A stretch of 18,804 nt of DNA, taken from Burkholderiaceae bacterium. GTDB lineage: Bacteria; Pseudomonadota; Gammaproteobacteria; Burkholderiales; Burkholderiaceae_F. The DNA lies in the NCBI GenBank assembly GCA_035502095.1, contig DATJUX010000031.1:1-18804 (forward strand). The letters run 5' to 3'. The first letter of the stretch is position 1, and every line of letters begins with the position of its first letter. Positions 1 through 7,533 of the stretch are shown one piece after another. Both the position numbers and the translations under genes were made by a program. The notes beneath the pieces are model-generated. The model was not told where the DNA came from, made no database searches, and saw only the letters and a program-made list of their open reading frames with translations.

Positions 1-323
1 AGCGCCACCATGGACGGTCGGGCACCTCTCGCTTCCGCGCCCGGCAAAGAAAGCAAGACGAGCGCGAGCGCTGGCACGGTCGCGAGGTTTGAATGAGGAC
101 GCTTTAGCTCAAACCCGTCGTGCGCAACCACTGCGAATGCAATGAAATCTGAAGCCCTGAAGCTTCCTTCAGCGCTACTCAAGGCGAGCGTCCGCGTGGT
201 GGTGGCGTGGATTGCGCATGCGCAGGACCGCTGAACCGGAACGTGGCGAAACCGGCTGCCGCCGATGCCAAGCCAACCACGGCAAGAGCGAGGATGCGAC
301 GCATACCCGCATCCTACTTCGCT

Positions 324-348
324 CGTGGCACGGCGCCGTGCCGCCACG
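324..348 (-). terminator. GC-rich hairpin just downstream of the COG4315 gene stop. It is terminator-like but lacks a U-tract.
   Basis: CGTGGCACGGCGCCGTGCCGCCACG contains a perfect 16-nt palindrome GGCACGGCGCCGTGCC (327-342) nested within CGTGGC/GCCACG arms. It lies 14 nt after the stop at 362. Confidence 0.25.
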
Positions 349-361
349 TGCCGCAGATACT

Positions 362-721
362 CTAAGGCTTCGCGACGTGCCAGACGTTGTTGACGCCATC
401 TCCGGTCTTGTCGCCCATCTTCTGGTCCTTGCTCCACGAGTAGAGCGGCTTGCCCTTGTAGGCCCACTGCTTGGCGCCGTCGTCGCGTGTGATGACCGAC
501 CAGTCGCCGCTTGCCATGGCATTGCCGGTCGCCGCAAGCGGTGGCCAGTTCGTCGCACACGGCCCGTTGCAGGCGCTCTTGGCGCCGCTGTCCTTGTCGA
601 AGGTGTAGAGCGTCATGCCCGATGCGTTGACCAGCATGCCGTCGACGGTCTTTGCCGGTGCCTGCGCAAACGCCAGCGGCGCGAACAGTCCCAGCGCCAG
701 GAAACCGATGGCTCGTTTCAT
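362..721 (-). CDS. Secreted protein of the COG4315 / PF03640 'secreted repeat of unknown function' type (119 aa). The signal peptide ends AFA|Q and contains no lipobox Cys.
   Basis: ORF track 362..769 trimmed to the internal ATG at 719-721 (MKRAIGFLALGLFAPLAFAQ...). Strong SD GGAGAAACA immediately upstream on the minus strand. Motifs typical of the family recalled from memory: DGxxLvnasGmTLYtFdkD, CnGpCAtnWPP and WsWskdQ. High GC3 codon usage. Confidence 0.7.
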   Translation of the reverse strand: MKRAIGFLALGLFAPLAFAQAPAKTVDGMLVNASGMTLYTFDKDSGAKSACNGPCATNWPPLAATGNAMASGDWSVITRDDGAKQWAYKGKPLYSWSKDQKMGDKTGDGVNNVWHVAKP

Positions 722-783
722 TGTTTCTCCTCGTTCGAGTCGCGCGGATACGCCCGCACGTACTAACACAACAGCACAGCCCG

Positions 784-800
784 TGCGCGTATTCCGCGCA
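784..800 (-). terminator. Candidate intrinsic terminator after the flotillin gene: hairpin TGCGCG-tattc-CGCGCA followed on the minus strand by a UG-rich tract.
   Basis: Perfect 6-bp GC stem with a 5-nt loop, 33 nt downstream of the flotillin stop at 833. The minus-strand trail is cugugcuguuguguu, an imperfect U-tract. Confidence 0.3.
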
Positions 801-832
801 ACACTTTTCTCGATTTCGGCCAGAATGCCGCC

Positions 833-2788
833 CTATTCGCCACCGTGTCTCCCGTTGAGCGCTGTTGCCGCCGCACCCTGGCCGGCGAGAACGAGCGCCG
901 CGATGGCATCGACCGCATTGGCGCCCTTGCCGTCGCCGCCCACTACGACGTTCGGCACCACCTGCAGGCGCGCCTCGGCGATCGCCTTGGTGATCGCGGT
1001 GGCGATCTCCTGCGCCAGCCGGATCTGCGGCCCGCCGAACGCGTCGACCTGCTGCCGCGCCGCGGTGGCCGTCGCCGCGCCTTCCAGCTCGATGCGCCTC
1101 GCGTTGGCGGTGCCGATCGCCACGATCTTGTCGCCCTCGGCTTGCGCCACGGCGCGGATCTTCGCGGCTTCGGCCCTGCCCTGATTGCTCTGCCGGTTCA
1201 CCTCGGCCAGCCCGTTGTTCTCGGCGATGCCGATCGCGATCTTCGACTCCGTCAGGGTGCGCTGCTGCGCCGCCACCGCCTCGGCCTCGCGCAGCGAGCG
1301 TTCCCGCGTCGCGGCCTCTTCCTGGCGCTGGTAAGTCTCGAGCTTCTCGCGCGCGATCTGGCGGTCGCGCAGCTGGGTGAGGATCGTTTCGATCTGCCTG
1401 TCGCCCGCGGGAGACTGCGGCGTGCCGATCAGCACCTCCTGCAGCTCGAGGTTGTAGGCAGCGAACTTCTCGCGCATGTCTTCCAGCGCGCGTTTCTGGA
1501 TGTCGGCGCGCTCCTGCAGCAGCTCGATCAAGGTCTTGGTCTGCGCCGTATTCTTGAAATACGCCGACACCATCGGGTCGAGCGTCTGCTCGACCAGCTG
1601 CTGGATGTTGCCGAAGCGCTGGATCACGCGCGAGGCCTTCTTGTAGTCGATGTGCACGACGACCGACAGCGGCAGCGTCGGCTCGAACGCGTCGCGCGTG
1701 ATGAGCGAGATCTCCTTTAGGTTCTCGTCGAACTTCGAGCCCTGCTCACCGGCCTGCCACTTCAGGATGAAGTTCGTGGTGGGGACCTCGATCACCTTGC
1801 CCGCGTACGTGTTGAACGGGTACTTGCCGGGCAGCAGCGGCCGCTCCCAGACGCCGCGTTCGCCTTCCAGCACCAGCTCGCCGTGCTGGTAGTCCTCGCC
1901 CGAGAGGTCGGTGCCCTTGCGGCCCGTGTACGAGATCACGACGCCGACGTTGCCGATCGACACGACGGTCTTGGGAATGATGTCGACCGTCGCGAACAGG
2001 CGATTGAGGTAATAGGTGCCGTCGACCAGCACCTGTTGCTGGCGCCCGCGGTAGCCGGCGGACTGGATGAAGCGGTCCGGCTCCTGGAAGCTCGCGTGCG
2101 TGGAGTGGCCGTCGGTCTTCTGCCCGACCACCGGCGCGATCAGCTCGCCGACCGGCAGCGGCGGACCGTCGTGGACGGTGACCACGCCGAGCACGTCGTT
2201 CCTGCTGTCAATCATGAGCGGACGGAACCCGTCGCGCTCCTTGATCAGGGTCTGCATCGCACGGATCGCCTCGAAGTCGGACTCGGCGAGGCGGAGCGCG
2301 TAGACCTCGTTGTCGACCAGCACCACGAACTGCGCGGTGTTGATGGCATAAAGGCCCTCGCGCAGGATCCGGCGCTGCGGGCCCTTGTTGCCCGCGGCCT
2401 GCAGGAAGCCGCGCACGTCCTCGAAGCTTTGTCCTTCGACGCTCGAACCCAGCGTCTGCCCCGGCGGCAGCGGAATGCCGTCGCGCGCGAACACGTAACC
2501 GATCTCGCTCTGCGGCACGAAGACCAGGTTCTTCTTGTGCACGCGGTACATGAACGGAACCAGCAGGTGAAAGCCGCCGCGCAGCATCTCCGGCTCGAAA
2601 CCGGCTTCGCCGTTGAGGGCGATGATGCCGCCCTTGACCGAGCCCTTGGGCGACCAGAGTCGCTCCTTGATGCCGACCCGGTTGTTCGGCACGTAGACGA
2701 GCGCCGACTTGAGCAGGACCAGGGCGACCAGGGCGCCGAAAAGGATGAGCAGATTCGACCCGGTCAACACGTCGCTGAACGATGACAT
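833..2788 (-). CDS. Flotillin-like SPFH/band-7 family membrane protein (651 aa, YqiK/FloT-like). It has an N-terminal TM helix, an SPFH domain, and a long Ala/Glu/Gln-rich coiled-coil with a Gly/Ala tail.
   Basis: Full-length ORF. ATG at 2786-2788 is preceded by GGGAGGGAGG (SD) on the minus strand. The N-terminus LLILFGALVALVLL is hydrophobic. Internal KxxALxxMREKFAAYNLELQEVLIG and extended EA/QR-rich segments resemble flotillin C-terminal regions. This is a family-level assignment from memory. Confidence 0.8.
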   Translation of the reverse strand: MSSFSDVLTGSNLLILFGALVALVLLKSALVYVPNNRVGIKERLWSPKGSVKGGIIALNGEAGFEPEMLRGGFHLLVPFMYRVHKKNLVFVPQSEIGYVFARDGIPLPPGQTLGSSVEGQSFEDVRGFLQAAGNKGPQRRILREGLYAINTAQFVVLVDNEVYALRLAESDFEAIRAMQTLIKERDGFRPLMIDSRNDVLGVVTVHDGPPLPVGELIAPVVGQKTDGHSTHASFQEPDRFIQSAGYRGRQQQVLVDGTYYLNRLFATVDIIPKTVVSIGNVGVVISYTGRKGTDLSGEDYQHGELVLEGERGVWERPLLPGKYPFNTYAGKVIEVPTTNFILKWQAGEQGSKFDENLKEISLITRDAFEPTLPLSVVVHIDYKKASRVIQRFGNIQQLVEQTLDPMVSAYFKNTAQTKTLIELLQERADIQKRALEDMREKFAAYNLELQEVLIGTPQSPAGDRQIETILTQLRDRQIAREKLETYQRQEEAATRERSLREAEAVAAQQRTLTESKIAIGIAENNGLAEVNRQSNQGRAEAAKIRAVAQAEGDKIVAIGTANARRIELEGAATATAARQQVDAFGGPQIRLAQEIATAITKAIAEARLQVVPNVVVGGDGKGANAVDAIAALVLAGQGAAATALNGRHGGE

Positions 2789-2847
2789 GGGTGACCTCCC
2801 TCCCGAGATGGACCCGATCCGGCGATGCTTTTAGCGCAGTCGACGTA

Positions 2848-2877
2848 TGTGCGCCGTTAATTTCTTTCGTGCGCACA
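2848..2877. promoter_or_regulatory. Inverted repeat TGTGCGC-N16-GCGCACA with an AT-rich centre (cgttaatttctttcgt), 60-90 nt upstream of the flotillin start. It is a candidate operator.
   Basis: 7-bp perfect arms seen directly. It sits in the 183-nt intergenic region between the dehydrogenase stop and the flotillin ATG. Confidence 0.25.
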
Positions 2878-2939
2878 AGTGATTGAAGCCAAAGCGTTGC
2901 GCGAGCAATTCACGCCGCGCGCCTGCGCCCCCACCCCAA

Positions 2940-2959
2940 CCTCCCCGCCTGCGGGGAGG
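2940..2959 (-). terminator. GC hairpin (CCTCCCC-gcctgc-GGGGAGG) 13 nt downstream of the oxidoreductase stop. It is flanked by C-rich and G-rich runs and has no U-tract.
   Basis: Seen directly. ccccaccccaaCCTCCCCgcctgcGGGGAGGggg. It could be a Rho-independent-like or REP-like element separating the dehydrogenase from the flotillin gene. Confidence 0.2.
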
Positions 2960-2971
2960 GGGATACGGCGA

Positions 2972-3901
2972 TCAGATGAAATGCGGCGCGACGATGCGCC
3001 GCTCGCCGATCAGGAACGCATCCGCGACGAGTTGAAACGGCCGCCAGTCCACTTCCGACCTGGCCTCGGCGCAGAGCGCGGCGAAGCGCGCATACAAGCG
3101 TGGATATTCGCCCTCGAGGCCGCCGGCGGCCGACACGGCCCTGCCGTCGAGTTCGAGCGTCGCGCCGCCCTGCGAGAGTTTCAGCCGGCCGGAGGTGGTG
3201 ATGAGCTCGATGTCCCAACTCTGTTCGCCCTTCTGGCGGAAATCGAACTCGGCATCGACGGCGACGCCGGCTTCGCCACGCAGACGCAGGCTCGCCGCGA
3301 TCGGTGCCTGCTGGTTCTCCGGGAACTGCAGGACCGCGGTCTCGACACAGACCTCGTCCGCGAGCACTTCGGTGAGGACCGAGAGCGCGTTGATGCCGGG
3401 ATCGAACACGCCGAAACCGCCCGGCTCCCAGATCCACTGCTGCCCGGGATGCCAGTGATGCACGTCTTCCTTCCAGACGATCCGCCCGCCCGTGAGCGTG
3501 CGCCCGCGCAGCCACTCGCGCGCGGCGTCCACGCTCGCTGCGAAACGCGAGTGCCAGGTCTGGAACAGCGTGCGGCGGTGGTGCGCCGCCTCGTCGGCAA
3601 GCAGCGCGATCTGCCGCGTCGTCGCGGCGGGCGGCTTCTCGAGCATGACGTGCCGGCCCGCCCGCAACGCGGTGCGCACGGCGGCGAAGTGCGCCTGCGG
3701 CGGCGTGCAGATGGAGACGCAATCGAGTTGCGGCAGTCCCGCCAGCATCGCCTCGAGATCGGGAAAATTCGCCACCCCGTCGACCCTGGCGTTGCGGCTC
3801 GCGCAGGCGACGAGTTCGAATTGCCGGCTGGCCCTCAACGCCGGAATGTGTTGGTCGCGCGCAATCTTGCCAATCCCGACCAGGCCAAGTTTCAACGGCA
3901 C
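2972..3901 (-). CDS. Gfo/Idh/MocA-family NAD(P)-dependent oxidoreductase, similar to D-galactose or L-arabinose 1-dehydrogenase (309 aa, GTG start).
   Basis: N-terminal Rossmann motif LKLGLVGIGKIARDQHIPAL, then EKPPA and the downstream fold pattern typical of Gfo/Idh/MocA sugar dehydrogenases. The start codon is GTG at 3899-3901, with GGGGGAA (SD) 6 nt upstream. Stop is TGA at 2972-2974. Confidence 0.75.
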   Translation of the reverse strand: MPLKLGLVGIGKIARDQHIPALRASRQFELVACASRNARVDGVANFPDLEAMLAGLPQLDCVSICTPPQAHFAAVRTALRAGRHVMLEKPPAATTRQIALLADEAAHHRRTLFQTWHSRFAASVDAAREWLRGRTLTGGRIVWKEDVHHWHPGQQWIWEPGGFGVFDPGINALSVLTEVLADEVCVETAVLQFPENQQAPIAASLRLRGEAGVAVDAEFDFRQKGEQSWDIELITTSGRLKLSQGGATLELDGRAVSAAGGLEGEYPRLYARFAALCAEARSEVDWRPFQLVADAFLIGERRIVAPHFI

Positions 3902-4075
3902 GCCGATTCCCCCGATTGATTGCGCCCTCGCTCGAACCCGCCGGATTCACGCGCACCCGGCGCCCGGTTCGAGCCCTCCTCGCCCGCCGATCTTACCGAG
4001 GGGCCGCACGTCCCATCCGGGTTCGTCAAATCTCCGGCGCGACCAGCGCGTGCCGGTCGCGCCGCCGCCTGTCCG

Positions 4076-5323
4076 CTACGGATACGGCTGGAAGGCGAAG
4101 TACGGGCCGTTGCCCGCCGGCGTCGTGCTTTGCTCGAACGCGGTGAAAACGCTGTTGCCGAAGAAGGACGGCACGCCGAAGTCGAACGCATTGGTCAGCG
4201 TCGTCGCGGTCGGCCCGCCGAGATTGCTGAACGCGTTCAACGTGGAGGCGTTGGCCTGCGTGAGCAGGAACTGCGCGTTGGCGAGGGTCAGCGACGCGGT
4301 GGCGGTCGCGCCGTTGCTGCCGGTCAGGGCAACGCTGATCGGAGTGGCCGAGAGCGATGCCGCCGTGCCGGGACAGTAGAGGGAAGACAGCGTCGACGCC
4401 GGGCAGGTCGGGATGCTCGAGTCATCGAAATACAGCGCTGCCGAGCCGCTGTCGAAGAAGCTGTTGGCATACGTGTTGCCGTTGTAGACGGCCGTGAACG
4501 AACCGGCGCCGGCGCCGGACGCCGGCACGCCGATCGCCGCCGTGCTCAGCATGTTGTTGGTCTGGGTGCCGATGCCGAACAGCATTGTGCCGTTCGCCGA
4601 GGTCGCGCCGGTGGCGGCGACAGCGGGCAGCTGCAGCACGACGCCGTTGTTGTCCTGCGCGAAGAACCCGGCCGGGTTGCTCGGCTGCAGCGCAAGCGAG
4701 ATCGCGGCTTCGGTGCAGGTGCCGCCGCTCGTGCAGGTATAGAAGTACGGGCTGATGTTGAGCGCGCAATAGGGTCCGCAGTCCTGCAGGAACGTGCCGA
4801 TGCCGAGGATGCCGTTCGCGCCGAGTGCGGTGAGGCCGTCTTCCGCCGTGCCTTGCGACGCGCAGGTCGCGGGTATCGCCGGCCCGACGCCGTTGTCCTG
4901 GATCAGCTGGATCGACATGGAGGGTGCAACTTCACCCGCGAGTTGTACGTCGGCACTGGCGAGCGGTCCCCACACGAATCCATCGGCGAAGGTCGCGCAT
5001 TCGCTGTAGTTGCCGCCGCTGCCGGCGACGGCGGGCAGCGCAAGCGTCACCGCCGATGCGAGCAGGCGCAGGCCGGTGGAGCCGGTATCGACCTGCACGT
5101 CGGGGATGGTCTGGCACGCTCCGGTCCCGGGAACGCAGATCGTCACTGACGTCGTCATCATGTTCGCGAACTCGCCGGTGGGACCGCCGCTCACGATGAT
5201 GGGCTGCGTATTGGAGACCGGGCCCGTGGCGCCGTTCGACGCCGAGGTCGGTGCCCCGTTGCCGCCGCACGCGACGAGCAGCGCGACGAGCGACGCGAGC
5301 GCGGTGAACCGGAGCGCTCTCAT
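4076..5323 (-). CDS. Lipoprotein carrying the motif set of a bilobed pepsin-like (A1-type) aspartic protease (415 aa). It possibly corresponds to a DUF3443-type protein.
   Basis: Track ORF 4076..5539 trimmed to the ATG at 5321-5323 (MRALRFTALASLVALLVAC, lipobox LVAC with Cys19). GGGAG lies 9 nt upstream. Motifs were checked codon by codon: VQVDTGSTG (D79 at 5087-5089), GILGIGTF (res 171-178), FFDSGSAAL (D291 at 4451-4453) and the C-terminal FFGNSVFTAFE. These match FDTGSS, DGILGLAY, IVDTGTS and ILGDVFIRQYF of pepsin. There are many Cys residues. Confidence 0.65.
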   Translation of the reverse strand: MRALRFTALASLVALLVACGGNGAPTSASNGATGPVSNTQPIIVSGGPTGEFANMMTTSVTICVPGTGACQTIPDVQVDTGSTGLRLLASAVTLALPAVAGSGGNYSECATFADGFVWGPLASADVQLAGEVAPSMSIQLIQDNGVGPAIPATCASQGTAEDGLTALGANGILGIGTFLQDCGPYCALNISPYFYTCTSGGTCTEAAISLALQPSNPAGFFAQDNNGVVLQLPAVAATGATSANGTMLFGIGTQTNNMLSTAAIGVPASGAGAGSFTAVYNGNTYANSFFDSGSAALYFDDSSIPTCPASTLSSLYCPGTAASLSATPISVALTGSNGATATASLTLANAQFLLTQANASTLNAFSNLGGPTATTLTNAFDFGVPSFFGNSVFTAFEQSTTPAGNGPYFAFQPYP

Positions 5324-5787
5324 CGGATCGCTCCCAGCGACACGGTCGCGGGCACGAGTTCGGGGAGATACGCTCTGCCGGCGAAGGCGCGCATGCGACC
5401 GCCCGATTCGATCACGAGGTCCGGTGCATGCACCGCCAGCATGCGGTGGTCGGCATGCCGTTGCCTGCCTGCGGCGACGACACGCGGGAAGTAGTCGCCG
5501 AGAAGCTGACTCAGGTCGGGCTTGAAGGGTCCCCGCCACGTCACCGCGAACACCGCGCCCGACGGCGCCAGGAACTCGCGCACCACGGTGCCCGAGTTGA
5601 GCGTGAGCTCGTGCACCGCGTAGCCCGCGCGCGAGCTCGTGACGTGCTGAACCGCCTGCAGCTTGACGGCATCGTCCTGCAGGGTCGTGGCCGCACCACC
5701 CAGCGCAGCCGCGGCCGGCGAGGTCGCCAATCCGGCTGCCGCCAGCAGCGGCAGCCAGCGGACGAGGTAAGTCGACGACAGATTCAT
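5320..5787 (-). CDS. Small secreted protein (155 aa), possibly DUF2844-type, translationally coupled to the downstream pepsin-like lipoprotein.
   Basis: Track ORF 5320..5871 trimmed to the ATG at 5785-5787 (MNLSSTYLVRWLPLLAAAGLATSPAAAALGG, signal peptide with AxA site). AAAGGAA (SD) lies 3-4 nt upstream, with GGAG further up. The TGA stop at 5320-5322 overlaps the ATG at 5321-5323 of the next gene (ATGA). Confidence 0.6.
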   Translation of the reverse strand: MNLSSTYLVRWLPLLAAAGLATSPAAAALGGAATTLQDDAVKLQAVQHVTSSRAGYAVHELTLNSGTVVREFLAPSGAVFAVTWRGPFKPDLSQLLGDYFPRVVAAGRQRHADHRMLAVHAPDLVIESGGRMRAFAGRAYLPELVPATVSLGAIR

Positions 5788-5976
5788 TTCCTTTGCTCCG
5801 TGAATCGAGCGCGCCGTCCTGGCGCAGCAGTCCAATCCAATCGCATCGACGGCGAATTCGCCATCACGCATCGGCGCGCCGACGCTCAGATGACACCTGA
5901 ACCGAAGCGCTCGGCCGCTTGTCAGATTGTTGCCGGATCCTGACGCGAGCGCAGCGTGCGCGCAGGCACGCCGGAC

Positions 5977-6735
5977 TCAGTACAGCGACTCGACGTCGCT
6001 TGCCAGCCGGTAGCCGGCGCCGCGCTCGGTGACGATGAGCGTGGGGTTGGCGCGCGCGGGTTCGATCTTGTCGCGCAGCCGGCGCACCTGGACATCGATG
6101 GTGCGGTCGTAGACCTCGGCCTCGTGCAGGCGCGACATCGAAAGCAGCTGATCGCGCGTGAGCACGCGTTGCGGCGCGCGGCAGAACGCGGCGAGCAGGC
6201 TGAACTCACCATTGGAAAGCTCGACCAGCTGGCCCGTGGGCGACGTGAGCCGCCGCGTGCGCAGGTTCAGCTCCCAGCCGGAGAAGCGGAATGCGCGCCG
6301 CGCGCTGTCGCGCTCCGGGAGGGTGGCCTGCACGTGGTAGCGCCGCAGCACGGCGCGCACGCGTGCCAGCAGTTCGCGCGCGCTGAACGGCTTCGTCACG
6401 TAGTCGTCGGCGCCGAGTTCGAGTCCCATCACGCGGTCGGCCTCTTCGCTGCGGCCGGTGAGGAGCACGATCGGCACGGTGCCCCGCTCGCGCAACCTGC
6501 GCGCCAGCTGCATCCCGTCCTCGCCCGGCAGCTTCAAGTCGAGCAGCACGAGGTCGATCGCCTCGCGATCGAGCACTTCGAACATTTCGCGGCCCGACGC
6601 GCGTGCCGTCACGCGCATGTCGTTCTTGCCGAAATACTCCGCGACGAGCTCGCGGATGTCCGCGTCGTCGTCGATCACGAGGACATGCGGCAGTGTCGTG
6701 GCGATGCTGGGCGCGGCGGCGGGATCGGCGGGCAT
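5977..6735 (-). CDS. OmpR/PhoB-family two-component response regulator (252 aa). It is an orphan: no cognate kinase is adjacent.
   Basis: Receiver motifs VLVIDDDADIREL, LVLLDLKLPGEDG and TKPF, followed by a winged-helix DNA-binding output (LTxxEFxLLxxF...TIDVQVRRLRDKIE...RGAGYRL). The track ORF carries an implausible Arg/Ser-rich 186-aa extension. The first in-frame ATG before the receiver is at 6733-6735, with a weak SD. Confidence 0.85.
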   Translation of the reverse strand: MPADPAAAPSIATTLPHVLVIDDDADIRELVAEYFGKNDMRVTARASGREMFEVLDREAIDLVLLDLKLPGEDGMQLARRLRERGTVPIVLLTGRSEEADRVMGLELGADDYVTKPFSARELLARVRAVLRRYHVQATLPERDSARRAFRFSGWELNLRTRRLTSPTGQLVELSNGEFSLLAAFCRAPQRVLTRDQLLSMSRLHEAEVYDRTIDVQVRRLRDKIEPARANPTLIVTERGAGYRLASDVESLY

Positions 6736-6982
6736 GGCGCGAACAATCGTAGCCGATGCCGCGCACAGCTCCGGTGCGGCGGCGTGGCATGACTTCTCGC
6801 CCAACCCGCTCCAGCAGCACGGGCTGGCGCGCCTGCACGCATCGTGACGTTCCCGCTCGCGCGCGGTGGATTGGCACCGATGCCGCCACCCTCGCTCGTC
6901 ACAGCCGATCTGAGTGGCGGGCCGCCGTTCAGCCTTCGCGCTCGGCGAACGGCGGCGCCGGCGCGATCGGTCCGCTCGGGAA

Positions 6983-7333
6983 CTACCGGCGCGGCGCCCA
7001 ATAACCCTGGCGCAGGTGCCAGCCCGCACCGCTATGCACCCAGACGCTGGGTTCCCAGTAGTAACCGGGCCGCGGTGCGCTCCAGTGACCCGCGACCCAG
7101 ACGTGCCTGCCGCCCACCCAGTTCCAGTAGCCGCCGATCCAGATGTAGCCCGGCACCGGCGCGACGCCCATGAACTCGGCCTGCGGCGGCGGCGGCGCCA
7201 TGCCGATGGGCTCGCCTGGCGGCGGCGGCGCGACCGGCACGACGCAGCCCGCCAGGCCCGCGAACAGCACGATCGAAAGCGCAGCCAAGGCACCGCGCAG
7301 GGATTGCTTGTTTCGTGTAGTCGACACGCTCAT
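6983..7333 (-). CDS. Small lipoprotein with a polyproline segment and W-x-x-G-x-W / YxW repeats (116 aa, WXXGXW-repeat type).
   Basis: Trimmed to the ATG at 7331-7333 (MSVSTTRNKQSLRGALAALSIVLFAGLAGC, lipobox LAGC), with AGAGGA (SD) 6 nt upstream. The mature part is PVAPPPPGEPIGMAPPPPQ followed by GYIWIGGYWNWVGGRHVWVAGHW ... GYYWEPSVWVHSGAGWHLRQGYW. Confidence 0.65.
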   Translation of the reverse strand: MSVSTTRNKQSLRGALAALSIVLFAGLAGCVVPVAPPPPGEPIGMAPPPPQAEFMGVAPVPGYIWIGGYWNWVGGRHVWVAGHWSAPRPGYYWEPSVWVHSGAGWHLRQGYWAPRR

Positions 7334-7533
7334 CGAGATTCCTCTGAAGTTGGTGACAAATCGCAACCGCCGCCCTCCTCGCGACGCACGCGTACTGACG
7401 CAACGGCGGCGGGCGGACGACGGACGACATGCGTACGTACTACCGCCGCGTCGTCTGTCACAAGAGGCCCGCAGTGCCGCGCGCCTCCTCCCTCGCCGTC
7501 CGCCGCGGGCCAGAGAGGGAATGGTCACGTCAG

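Noticed and set aside
1-174. Possible 3' end of a gene entering from the left edge, for example a frame-1 reading ending in TGA at 94-96
   Set aside because: Translations are low-complexity. No reading frame or strand can be favoured from 100-170 nt of sequence.
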